From positions 53,134,001 to 53,198,000 of the forward strand of contig NW_027361688.1 of the NCBI RefSeq assembly GCF_039654945.1: a DNA stretch of 64,000 bases, in the 5' to 3' direction. Positions 1-11,699 of the stretch are shown piece by piece (positions within the stretch are counted from its first letter, which is position 1; each line of letters opens with the position of its first letter). This DNA comes from Dendrobates tinctorius (taxonomy: Eukaryota). The notes beneath the pieces were generated by a model. It worked only from the letters and a program-made list of their open reading frames with translations, was not told the origin of the DNA and did no database searches. A program made the position numbers and the translations under genes.

Positions 1-716
1 GCCTGTGGACCAATCTGAAGCTGCCACATCACCAGAGCAGCTGATATCCGAGCACCAATGAGAAGGCGCCACATCATGGACATGCTCAGTAGGGTAAAAT
101 CTGGACTTAGGCTCCAGAGTACAACGCTGCACGTGTAAACCCGTAGTCACCATAAGATTAGCTGGAGAGCCAGCAGCAACTACACATACAGCACGAGTCT
201 GTGCTGAGCAGCCACCCCAGCGCCCGAGCCTGAATGGCAGTCCACTGCACCAGACAAGGTTTGGGATCTATCCCATGCAGCGGGAGAATCCCGGCACCTA
301 ACCATATTGAAAGCCTATACGAATGGGATACTCCAGGAAAACTTACTGCTGGACTCTACATGTCAATAGAGATTATAAAGTGAAGGAACAACCCCAAAAA
401 TCCCAACAAGAAGCAATAAACATCAGTTGGGTGCTCAGACCACTAAAATGGTAATTAAAAAAATTCTATAATATTTTTGATTTACCTGATTTTTTTGCTA
501 TAGAGTAAATTACAAACAATTTAGGTTAAAAAATGTACTGAAAATGGAAATAGAAAAGTTTCAAAATTATTTGATAATTTTATAAAAAATATTCTAAGGT
601 CCTAAAGTCCCTGATTGAAACCATCTACTAGTACAACTGATTTAAAAACAGTGCCGATTAAAGAACTCATAAACTGAAAAAAGGGAAAGACAGAGAATAG
701 ATTAAATTTATCTCAC

Positions 717-3149
717 CTGATTTAGTTCATTAAAACAGCTGGAATTAGACATTAATGTTATCTCTTTGTCCATTTCGGTTATGTTTACTGATTTTGTTAA
801 TGTCAAATTTGGAATGTTTGCTGGAGGGAAGCAAGCTGAATAACATGGAGCAGCAGCCTCTGGTGGAGCCATCCGCACCTCCATGTACTTCAGGGTCCCA
901 TCTGTGTTCAGGTAAAGGGTTGGCTTGTACTGATCCATATAGGATGCAGAAAGGGATTTGTCAGTGAAGCAGAATCCACACCCAGAATCATAATTCTTTC
1001 TAAGGCACCGGACAAGTAATATAGAAAATGTGACCAGAAAAACTGCACTGATGGCCACAAGGGAGACGATAAGATACAGAGTCAGGTCTGGAGCAGATTT
1101 GGCATTTGTAAGAAAATCTTGAGATTTAGGACTTTCCTGAGCAACAGAGTCTAATATATTCACAATGATGGTGGCTGTAGTGGTCATAGAGGGTTCTCCA
1201 TGGTCACTGACCGCAATCACAAGTCGCTGTTCCGTGTTATCCGTCTCATGTAAACCTCGGAGAGTCCTGACCTCTCCTGTGTATTCAGAGATGTGGAATA
1301 AAGCAGGACTGGCAGACTGAACAAGACTATAGAGGAGCCAGGCATTGTGCCCAGAATCCACATCCACGGCAGACACCTTACTGACTAAATACCCAGCAGC
1401 TGCAGATCTCGGGATGGTCTCCTGAGCAATGGTCTCCACTGTGATCTCTGGGTATAAGATAGTGGGAGGGTTGTCATTTGTATCCAGAATAAATATGAAG
1501 ATGGAAACATTGGAGGATAATTTTGGAGATCCAGAATCATCCGCTCTCGCTGTGATCTGCAGAACCTGGAATTGTTCATAGTCAAAAGACCTTTGTGCAT
1601 AAATATTCCCGATGTCAGAGTTAATGTAGATGAATGAAGAGACGGGAGAACCGTGGATGTGGCTCTCAGCGATGGAGTAAATGAGGTTTGCATTAGCTCC
1701 CTCATCCGGATCTACAGCAGATACCGTACATAACAGTCTGCCGGCCTCATTGTTTTCTGGTGTGAAGGCATTGTACACATTGTGCAGAAATGCTGGAGGA
1801 TTATCATTAACATCAGAGATATTAAGGCTGATTGTAATCTGGCTGCTGAGAGACGGAGACCCCAGATCTGATGCCGTCAGTATAATGGTATATTGTGAGC
1901 GCTTCTCCCTGTCCAGATGTCCACTAGTGACCAGAGCGTAACGCTGTGACATGGGCTGGATTTTAAAGGGTAAATTTGGTGACAGATCAAGTCTAATTTC
2001 ACCATTTTTACCAGAATCCTTGTCTTTGACTGTGATGAATCCAACCACAGTTCCTATGGGGGCATTCTCAGGAACCGCAGTATTTTTCGATATAAAATTA
2101 ATTTCTGGAATGTTATCATTAACATCTTCAACTTCCACCTTAACCAGACATCTTCCTTCTAGTTTTGGTGATCCTTTGTCTGCCGCTTTAACAAAAAGCT
2201 CATAGGATTTTATTGTTTCATAATCCACCAGTTTTCTTAAATATATTTCACCAGTTAGTGAATTTATTTGAAATATTGATTTTGCAGAATCTAATGTTAG
2301 TTCATCGAAAGAATATAAAATATCACTATTTGCTCCTTCATCCAAATCTGTGGCATTTAATTTAAGTATGGTTGTATTTAGTGGACTGTCTTCTGTAATG
2401 CTGATTTTATATTTGGATGGATCAAACACAGGAGGATTATCATTGATATCTAACACAATGACGGTTATCTGTGTGGATCCGGATCTGGCTGGATCTCCCC
2501 CATCTATAGCAGTGAGAAGAAGCTTGTGCTCAGTTATCTCTTCTCTGTCTAGAGTTTTTTCCAGCAATAATTCTGCAATGAGCGTTCCATCATTGCGATT
2601 TGTTATAGATAATGAAAAAAAAGGATTTGGAGTCATTCTGTACTGATTAACCCCATTTATACCTACATCCAGGTCCTGTGCAGTTGGTAAAGAAAAATGA
2701 ACTCCAGGACCTGATAAAAGCTCAATAATTCTGATAACTTGGTCATTAGTCCTAAAAATTGGTGAATTATCATTAATATCCAGAACGTCTATCTCCAGAC
2801 TGTGCAGCTCCAGAGGATCCTCAGCCACAGCCTCTAAATGCAGCACACAGCTCAGGCTGGATCCACACAGGCTCTCCCTATCAATCCTCTCATCTACCAC
2901 CAGAGCTCCATTCTTCTGCTCTATAGAGAATAATCTGCTGTTTCCTTCTGATCCCAAACTCAGTCTCCTTCTCCTAATATCAGCCAGATTCACCCCCAGA
3001 TCCTGAGCCACGTTCCCCACAACAGTCCCCGGATGAGACTCCTCAGCCACAGAATAACGCAGCTGCCCAGAGACCCAGCCCCAGCTACAAAGGAGAAGGG
3101 AGAAAGCTACTTGCCATTTCCAAGCCTTCACAAAGCTCTGATTGTCCAT
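717..3149 (-). CDS. PCDHGC5-like: Clustered protocadherin gamma (C5-like) variable exon #1: SP, EC1-6, TM, variable cytoplasmic domain; expected to splice to constant exons outside the window
   Basis: ORF 708..3149. Cadherin motifs (PE, LDRE, DxD, DxNDN). N-terminus WQV..CSWGWVSGQLRYSV and cytoplasmic DGTLKYMEV match PCDHGC5. Donor CAG|GTGAGA at 717/716, phase 0. Confidence 0.93.
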
Positions 3150-3430
3150 ATCTTAAATCCTTCTTCTAAAATGTGTAGAGAATAATCATCATCCCATCAA
3201 TCCAAGTGTGTGAGCAGCAAAAATATAAATCCTAGGAACGGGAAAATCCTGGTTTTCCTGCATTGAAATCATCTGCAGGGCTCTCATCGGAGCAGCAGCT
3301 CTTCTTTGTGTGAGAGACGATGGGAGGGTGAATCACTGAGCCAGGGGGAGGAGAGCGCAGGGCTGATATGTGTAAGTCTAGACCAGTATAACAGCTTCAC
3401 TAGATGACAAGACTTCCCTCTCCTGGTCAA
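3150..3430 (-). promoter_or_regulatory. Promoter/5'UTR of exon #1 with CGCT box (~3354-3357) and CTCF-like motif (3413-3426)
   Basis: ~220 bp nearly identical upstream of all 7 ATGs; minus-strand CCAGGAGAGGGAAG. Confidence 0.65.
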
Positions 3431-4044
3431 TTCTGAAAAGTACAGTTTGAAATCCTTGCCGTGTAAAACAAAAGTCATTGATATTTTATGATTTTTTTGT
3501 ATTTCACATTTTTATGACCTCATTAAAAAAAGTAACTGCTTTGTAATATACTGACTATAAACGGTCAAGGTAACACAAGTAATACTTCAAAATGAAGCTA
3601 AACAACTTTAAAACATCAGTAAAATCTTTCCATATTTTATGATAATTTATATTTAGATATTCCCACTTGCATATTAGATACAAATAGTGTCCAAATAAGC
3701 AGAAGTGAAGGGATACTGGAGGATCTGTGGGACCTCATATTAGGTTTAACAACTTTTCTTTCCCTTTCCGAGGCCTTATATTCACGTAAAATATTGAACT
3801 CCAACATTCCTACATCAGATTGGAGTAAAGATAAATTCTAACTGCCTGAGATGTGCTTTTCCTAATGTCCATCTCACGCATATGATGGGAATGCAATAAT
3901 ATTGGATGGCTCTATAGTGATGCTCCAGATATAATTAGCAGAATTTATGGTAGTGTAATGAACCCAGAGCCAAAAACATGAATTAAAAAATTGGATAATA
4001 TTTAGGGTCCTTGGATCAACAACCCTAGTTTACCATCGAGAATC

Positions 4045-4578
4045 CTATTGACCTACAAGGCCATCTACAACCTGTCTCCTCCATATGTCTCTGAACTAAT
4101 CTCCCGATACCTTCCCTCACGTAATCTCCGGTCCTCCCAAGACCTCCTTCTCTCCTCCACACTTATTCATTCCTCACCCAACCACCTCCAAGACTTCTCC
4201 CGAATATCCCCCATCCTCTGGAATTCTTTGCCCCAACATGTCCAACTATCAACCACATTCGGATCCTTCAAATGGAACCTGAAAACTCACCTCTTCAAGA
4301 AAGCCTAAAGCCTGCAATGACCCCGCTACCTCCTCACCACTACCGGAGATTTCACCTCAACCAACACCGGAACTGCTGTAACCCATCAACCTACTGTCTC
4401 CTTCCCCACCATCCTGCAGCATGTAAGTCCAAAAGGGCAGGGTCCTCTCTCCCCTCTGTATCAGTCTGTCATTGTAAGTTTGTTTACTGTAAGTGATATC
4501 TATAATTTGTATGTAACCCCTTATGTACAGCACCATGGAACCAATGGTGCTATATAAATAAATAATAATAATAATAAT
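4045..4578 (+). mobile_element. L2-type LINE 3' fragment
   Basis: ORF2 C-terminus-like TYKAIYNLSPPY...LWNSLP...FK..LKTHLF, followed by an (AAT)n tail. Confidence 0.75.
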
Positions 4579-4759
4579 CCTACTATTTTCGCCCCTCTAC
4601 ACTAACCTAACTTTCCCTTTCTAGGCCTGTAACTGAACATTTGATGATGGCAGATAACGGCAGATAACTTTTGCCTCCACATTAAATTAGAGGAATTTTT
4701 TTTGGTCTTATGGCATATATAGAAATAGCAAAATATGGCATTCACTAGATACTCTTTAA

Positions 4760-6009
4760 CCCCTTAAGGACCGGGGTTATTTTCGTTTTTACGTTTTTGT
4801 TTTTCGCTCCCTTTCTTCCCAGAGCCATAACTTTTTTATTTTTCCGTCAATATGGCCATGTGAGGGCTTATTTTTTGCAGGACGAGTTGTACTTTTAAAC
4901 AACACCATTGATTTTACCATGTCGTGTACTACAAAATGGGAAAAAAATTCCAAGTGCGGTGAAATTGCAAAAAAAGTGCAATCCCACCCTTGTTTTTTGC
5001 TTGGCTTTTTTGCTAGGTTCACTAAATGCTAAAACAGACCTACCAATATGATTCTCCAGGTCATTACGAGTTCATAGACACCAAACATGTCTAGGTTCTT
5101 TTTTATCTAAGTGGTGAAAAAAAAATCCAAAGTTTGACAAAAAAAAACAAAAAAAAAAACAACACCATTTTCCGAGACCCATAGCGTCTCCATTTTTCGT
5201 GGTCTGGGGTTGGGTGAGGGCTTATTTTTTGCGTGCCGAGCTGATGTTTTTAATTATACCACTTTTATGCAGACATGTTCTTTTGATCGCCCGTTATTGC
5301 ATTTTAATGCATTGTCACAGAGATCAAAAAAAGGTAATTCTGGAGTTTTGACTTTTTTTCTCTCTACGCTGTTTAGCGATCGGGTTAATGCCTTTTTTTA
5401 TTGATAGATCGGGCGATTCTGAACGCGGTGATACCTAATATGTGTATGTAGGATTTTTTTTTTCTGTTTTATTTTGATTGGGGCGAAAGGGGGGTGATTT
5501 GAACTTCTAGGTTTTTTTTATATTTTTTTATTTTTAAACATTTTTTTTTTACTTTTGGCATGCTTCAATAGCCTCCATAGGAGGCTTGAAGCATGCACAA
5601 CTCGATTGACTCTGCTACATATGGGTGATGAGCAGATCGCCCATATGTAGCAGATTTACTCCTGTGCTTTCAGCCTGGAACAACCATAGAGGTCTCTGTG
5701 AGACCTCTGGTTGTCCAGGCAACATGACGCCGACCCCCCGATCACATAACAGTGGTCAGCGATGGGCTCACTTCCGGCCCGGCGGCCGGAAGTGCTATTT
5801 AAATGCCCGCTGTCAGCTTTGACAGCGGGATTTAACTAGTTAATAGGCGCAGGCGGATGGCAATTCCGCTCGCGCCTATTGCGGGCACATGTCAGCTGTT
5901 CAAAACAGCTGACATGTCCCGGCTTTGATGCGGGCTCAGCGCCGGAGCCCTCATCAAAGTAGGGGAAATGTCTAATGATGGACTGTGTCCGTCATTGGAC
6001 ATTAAGGGG
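4760..6009. mobile_element. Non-autonomous piggyBac-like DNA transposon
   Basis: TTAA TSDs at 4756-4759 and 6010-6013; TIR CCCCTTAA...TTAAGGGG. Confidence 0.75.
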
Positions 6010-7214
6010 TTAATATTCCTATATAAAAACAATTACAGAAGTTGGGTTTCCGAAGAGAGAGGAGGGAGGTTGTCATCTTTTCTGTTTTTGTATGTGATTT
6101 ATTCGGGGAGATGTTCCCCGTAGTTGTAATTATTTGAACATTATTTAATAAAAAGAATCTGATTTAAAAAAAAAACAAATAGTGTTCAAATTCACAGAAA
6201 CTGAATATTTTGTGAACCTCTCACCAGTGGATGAGAATATTGACTGATTCTGCCTAAAACCTTAAAAAAATAATTTGTAGAACAGGGGAAAGACTATACT
6301 AAGGACAGAGCAGAAATCAGGGAATATGATAGTTTAGGGTCTCTTAACCCAAATTAACCTGTGCCAAAAATGTTGGAATGCAAGTTCCCCGCATCTATTG
6401 GTATATATTGGGAAGAATGTGGTAAATACAGTATATTGAACCTTTCTCTAGTTAGATGCATTGTCACCTCGGATTCCATGATGTTTTTGTAATATATGCA
6501 CTATTTATAGTTGATTATGTATACTGGCAAACCATCTACTTCTGTAATGCAGCGTAAATCAGGGATCAACAATTATTTTTGTTGATTTAGTGCATGAAAG
6601 ATATTCAACAGGATTTTAAAAATGGGATAATAGTATCCATAGCTCTTTAAAAGTCATAACCATAAAACCTATGTTTTAGAAACAGCAGTTAAGTAAGAAC
6701 TCAAGTATAGATGCTGCAAAAATATGGGTCCCTGGGTAGTACAGGTCCTGGACTTCATAACTTAGAAGCCACTTGCACCACTTCAGGCATTAGTCTGCTT
6801 TTTTTCTCTTAGCTAAATAATATAAAACTTGCACAAAGTACAGTAGAAAACAAAATAAAAAGTTAGGCCAAAGCACCAATTTTCTAAGTATATTGTTCAA
6901 TTTTGTTCTGGTATTCGTCCCTTAGCATCCACCATAGTCATTATAAATATGACGGATTTAACATATGCTGCATTTTAGTAAAATTTACCTTCCACACATT
7001 TTTTTTCTTATAGAGGTCAAAACATGAACTTTAATAAAGTCTATCTTTGACCGCTTTTGGCCATGTGTCGTCAGGCTGCTCGCAGTTTCCCCAATCAAAT
7101 GTAGACTATAATCTCAAGTGTTTTAGGTCTGAATAATCATCATTTTCTTGCCATCATCATGTTATATGAATTTACTGGACCTCACCATCTAAAAATAAAA
7201 ACTTTTTGCCGCTT

Positions 7215-7820
7215 TTATGTGGGTCTTTATGTAGGTCTTATGTCTTATGTGGGTCTTATGTGGGTCTTTATGTGGGTCTTATGTGGGTTTTATGTGGGTC
7301 TTTATGTGGGTCTTATGTCTTATGTGGGTCTAAGGCTAGTTTCACATTTGCGTTTAAGGCCGCAGCCCCTGCCGTGCCTCCGCCAGTACCTCCACCTACG
7401 GGCGCATGACGCTGCATGCGTCCTGCGTCCCCTATCTTTAGCACTGGGGATGCAGGCCGTGCGCAGGCATGGGTTTGGTGGCGCATGCGTCCTTTTGACG
7501 CTGCGTCGACCAGCGCCAAATGCAACAGGTTGCAATTTGGTGCGCTCGGCGCAGTGTTAAAAGGACGCATGCGCCGTCAAATGCATACCTGCGCACGGCC
7601 TGCATCCCCAGTGCTAAAGATAGGGGACGCAGGACGCATGCAGCGTCATGCGCCCGTAGGCGGAGCTACTGGCGGAGGCACGGCAGGGGCGGGGCTTAGC
7701 GGCGGCCGTGCGCAGGCCGCCGCTGCGGCCTTAAATGCAAAGGTGAAACTAGCCTTATGTAGGTCTTTATGTGGTTCTAATGTCTTATGTGGGTCTTTAT
7801 GTGTGTCTTATGTGGGTCTT
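7215..7820. repeat. (TATGTGGGTCTT)n minisatellite interrupted by a MITE
   Basis: 11-12 bp units at ~7215-7330 and ~7755-7820. Confidence 0.85.
7334..7754. mobile_element. PIF/Harbinger-type palindromic MITE
   Basis: TIR GGCTAGTTTCAC...GTGAAACTAGCC, TWA flanks; the whole ~420 bp is an inverted repeat. Confidence 0.8.
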
Positions 7821-8018
7821 TAATCCAACACAGAATTAAACTATGTCATTATCTTCTATGCACAATATTATAGCAATAAATATTATCCAAGAATAAAAAT
7901 TAAAAAGTTTTAAAAATGTATACTGGCCAGAAATATATGTTTTATCAATGGAAAACATAGATACTGTACATGGGTAGAAGATGAGAAAAGAAGAGTAGCA
8001 GACCTATTCAAGCTACTG

Positions 8019-8789
8019 TGTATACAAAAACACTTGGAGTAAAAACATCCACCAAGGAAAATAATTAAAATAGTTTTATTCTCAAAAATTAATAATAAAC
8101 AGAAAAATTTAATATACATAAAGACGGGTCACATTTTGGCGCCGTCTAATGACGCGAACTCCGGGTCCCACGGTGATTACATGCGCCGTTTATGACGATC
8201 ATTCACAGCTGTGATGTGGGGATATAAGGGAGAGAGGGACAGAACATGCCATCACAGCCCCCCGACGAAGCCCACGCGAAACGCGCGTAGGGGCTACACG
8301 TGTGGCATACTGATGAGCTATGGGTAAGCGCTTTTGAATGGGTTTTCATTGTGTGGCCTCTAAACTATGATTTCGAGCTATTATGCTGTGATGGTTCATT
8401 ACTATGAGGGGGTCACTCGGTGGGACTCTTTGGATATTTGAAAGAAAGACTTGAAGCACTGGCACTTTATTTATCTTTATATATCCATTATATATATTCC
8501 ATAGCCCTTAGTATTGCTGCATGTGTGTTTTTTCTGTACCTGAATTCCTTATCATATTGAGCTCTGCTATTATGTGACCCGTCTTTATGTATATTAAATT
8601 TTTCTGTTTATTATTAATTTTTGAGAATAAAACTATTTTAATTATTTTCCTTGGTGGATGTTTTTACTCCAAGTGTTTTTGTATACAAAGTATTGGGAGT
8701 TATTCCACAGCTAGTGCATGTTATGGGGTGGTCACCATGGGTCAGGGCCACCTGTAATTACATGTTCATTGTCCTTGAAATTTTGTCTG
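8019..8789 (+). mobile_element. Penelope-like retroelement relic with 5' inverted segment and hammerhead-like motif
   Basis: 15-bp TSD CTATTCAAGCTACTG (8004-8018, 8790-8804); 116-bp inverted repeat (8019-8134 / 8572-8687); HHR-like core at 8256-8295. Confidence 0.6.
8256..8295 (+). ncRNA. Minimal type I hammerhead ribozyme-like motif (U4C variant)
   Basis: AGCCCC-CCGACGA-AGCCCACGC-GAAA-CGCGCG-TA-GGGGCT: stem I, core boxes, palindromic short stem III, GUA site. Confidence 0.5.
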
Positions 8790-9001
8790 CTATTCAAGCT
8801 ACTGGTAGGAATCCAGTGGTGGCAATTAGACATCTATTGCCTATCCTTGGAAACGTGATAAATTCAATATAAAAATAAGTATACAAGCTCATCCATAGGT
8901 GAGATGTGTATAACCAAACAGATTTCAGGAAATCACCACTGCCCGATGTATTGCCATTTGCAGTTGTAGAAAAAGGGGGTTCAGCTCTGGATTGAGTTTA
9001 A

Positions 9002-9184
9002 AGGCAGAGACACACTGGCAAATTTTTCGTCCGAGAATCGGATCGTAAAACTTGCCCTGGCCGACACCTCTCCTGGCCTGAACTTGACAGCTGCATAGTA
9101 ATCCATCATGCTGTCATGCTCAGGTCAGGAGAGGTGCCGGCAAGGGCAAGTTTTACCATCCAATTCGCCAGTGTGTCTCTGCCC
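9002..9184. mobile_element. Small Harbinger-type MITE
   Basis: TIR GGCAGAGACACACTGGC...GCCAGTGTGTCTCTGCC; TAA flanks; internally palindromic. Confidence 0.65.
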
Positions 9185-9287
9185 TAAATGTTATAATCCA
9201 AAGTCCTTAATTGAAAATCCCATCTAAATATAGCAATACAGCGCCGCATTAATTACCAATGTGTTTCGAACATAAAAAAACTTTTAA

Positions 9288-11218
9288 AGGGAACCTGACA
9301 CATCCTTTTTCTATATGAAATTGCTCCCAATGTCCAATGTCTTGCTAGTGATCCAATGTGCAACATAAACATAGTCTTCTTAAGCTAAATTTCCAATGAT
9401 TTATCTAAAAGCCCAATTTTTATCCTTAGGTGATTGCATCACATACCTTTTCTTTCAGTTATAGGGGTGGCGCTTTCTGTCCGTCCAGTCATGGTCCTCT
9501 TTAAATTATTCACGCCCATTGCAGCCTGACTGATAGCCCAGACTGCCCCGATGTCACAACAATCACCCGGTAAATTCCACTCTTGCACAGTGATTATCAG
9601 GCCCTTGTACATGCGCACTGAATTTGGGTGTATGTCCTCAGCTTTGTCACGTGCCCCGTCCTGAGTGACATGGCCAGCAGGCCAGTAACTGATACAACAG
9701 GACGCGGCACGTGTAAATGTCCTATGTGACGCAGCCCGCAGGCCGGTAACTAATACAATAAGACAAAGGGAATAGGGAAAACCTGGGTAACAATAACAAT
9801 GGTGGCCCTGCGATAGGGAAACAGGGAAGTGGAGACCTCCTGCACTCCCCTGAGTCAGTGTCTCTACACTCCTAACGTTCCCTAGGCCGGTTCCGCACCG
9901 GGCGCCGATCAGGAACCTAAAAACCCTGACTCGCCCTGCACCTAAACCCTCACTAGGGAATTGGTCGGTGCGGAAACTTATCCCACCACTGCACTAAACA
10001 CACATAAGGAAAAGTGACAAAGCAGGGGAACACCACTTAGCTTTGCTCTGTTGCTTACGCTCCCAGCAACAGAGCCCACCACCTGCGTGCATCTTTTCCT
10101 CCACCGTGTCCGACATCTGGGTGCACTGTCCAGAAATGGATCTTCACAGCACCATAGTGCAGCCTTGGAGCAAACAGAGTCCACACCTGCGTGCAGCTGT
10201 CCAAAAACAGAGTTCCGCAAATGAGTCCAGCTTTTCTGCCAAAAAGTCCAGCATACTTGAGTCCAGCTCTCAGCAACAACCTCCAGCATTTTGAGTGCAG
10301 CTCTACACCATAGCTGCCACTCCACCAATCCATGCACGATCTCCTTGCTGACACCATAGCTGCGACTCCACCACGCCATGCCAGCCCTCCTTGCAGACAC
10401 CATAGCTGACACTCCAGGAATCTCACTGAGTTGCCCATGACTCTCCTTTAGCTCCATCCTTCACCCAAGCTTGCTTGCAAATGAATACCTTATCTCCAAC
10501 AGTGATTAACACACCTAATACTCTCTTATAGAGATACCACACCTGTTACATAATTACGTGCACAAACTATGGTAACCAAAGTGCAATGACCCTAATGGCC
10601 ACCGGGGGGAAAACTACAACTGAAATCACCACAGTGCAATGACCCTAATGGCCACTGGGGGCAAAACCACCTTTGGCACACAGCCAAGGGAAAAAAAGGT
10701 TACTTTGTGCATTTACTCTGTCAGATCCAACCTGGATCATGACAAGCTTCATTTCATATCTGCACATGCTCCAGAATCAGTAGCTAGGTGATGTATGCAT
10801 TGTGAGCACACACACTATGTGTGGCACTCTGTTCCTGCAGCTCTCGAGCATGCACAGGTATGAAATGAAGCTGTGGACGTGCAACATCTTTACGCATGCA
10901 CGGAGACCTGAGAGTGTGCAAGCGCAAAATATACTGGGCAACTGCAATGACATCGGAACAATCCAGGCAATCAAGCTGTGATGGGAGTGAATAATTTGAA
11001 GAGGACCATGACTGACCATGACTAGTAGGATAGAAAGCGCCACCCCATGACCGAAAGAGAAGATACTGTATGTGATGCAATCACCTAAGGACAAAAGTGT
11101 TTTTTTTTTTTAAATAGATAGTGGGACGTTTTGCTTGAGAAGATCATGTTAGTGATGGACATTGCATCACTAGCAAGACATTAAGGGCAGTTCAATATCA
11201 TAAAAGGTCAGGTTCCCT
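9288..11218. mobile_element. T2/Kolobok-type MITE interrupted by a solo LTR
   Basis: TTAA-AGGGAACCTGAC...GTCAGGTTCCCT-TCAA; arms ~9420-9520 and ~10980-11092 are inverted copies. Confidence 0.65.
9645..10744. mobile_element. Solo LTR (Gypsy-type)
   Basis: TGTCA...TGACA ends with 5-bp TSD AGCTT (9640-9644, 10745-10749). Confidence 0.7.
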
Positions 11219-11699
11219 TCAATCTAGAACAAAATCCTACTGGGAACTGAATCACTTTTCTTTCCTACAGTTGCATTGGTGAAAAATGTCTTATGTGAAA
11301 TAACTCATTTAAGTATTCTTTTAGTCTTAATATAAACTAGAATGAGTTACACAGTTCTAATAATACATAAGAAAAAGGTTAAACATTTATACCACATATT
11401 GCAACTTCATCTTAAATGTGTCTATGCAGAATAGCTAAACATCAGTGCTTAGCCATTGCCAGCTATTAGGTGCACCAATGCATGAAATAGAAGGCAACAT
11501 CCTTTACAAAAAGGTTTGGTCTTCTTTAGGAGCCCACATAGGTAATCAGAATCTTTTTTTTAATTAACACATTATTATTAGCAACAACTGACTATGAGTA
11601 ATGGAGACAATATACTGTAAACACAGTGTAGATCCAACAAAGCCTATGTGCTATGCCTCAGAGGAGATCTCATATATATGTAGAAATACATGTGTGGTA

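Larger units (their letters stand above)
3697..6175 (+). mobile_element. 5'-truncated, decayed L1/Tx1-like LINE insertion hosting two nested elements
   Basis: 16-bp TSD CAAATAGTGT(C/T)CAAAT at 3681-3696 and 6176-6191. AATAAA and an A-run precede the right TSD. The flanks rejoin in the homologous region upstream of exon #2. Confidence 0.55.

Noticed and set aside
1-440. Possible LTR or other TE remnant at the window start
   Set aside because: No termini, TSD or coding motif identifiable within the window.
708-716. ORF-track C-termini (..QVR, QVRC, QVRY, QVRIHS.., QVRSM) as real protein ends
   Set aside because: They are read-through past the conserved GTGAG donors; single-exon beta-type genes are unlikely.
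1385-1705. 106-aa alternate-frame ORF (MRELMQTSF...) recurring in all paralogs
   Set aside because: Recurrence follows from near-identical DNA; it is truncated in #6 and has no recognisable domain.
2490-2512. Exonic CTCF site analogous to the Pcdh-alpha eCBS at the TAIDGG codons
   Set aside because: GCTATAGATGGGGGAG is a poor match and is explained by coding constraint.
1681-2646. Antisense ORFs over the cadherin exons
   Set aside because: Typical codon-mirror ORFs of cadherin repeats; no independent evidence.
7040-7080. Minus-strand CCTGACGA...AAAAGCGGTC hammerhead-like string
   Set aside because: GAAA box and stems are too degenerate to support.
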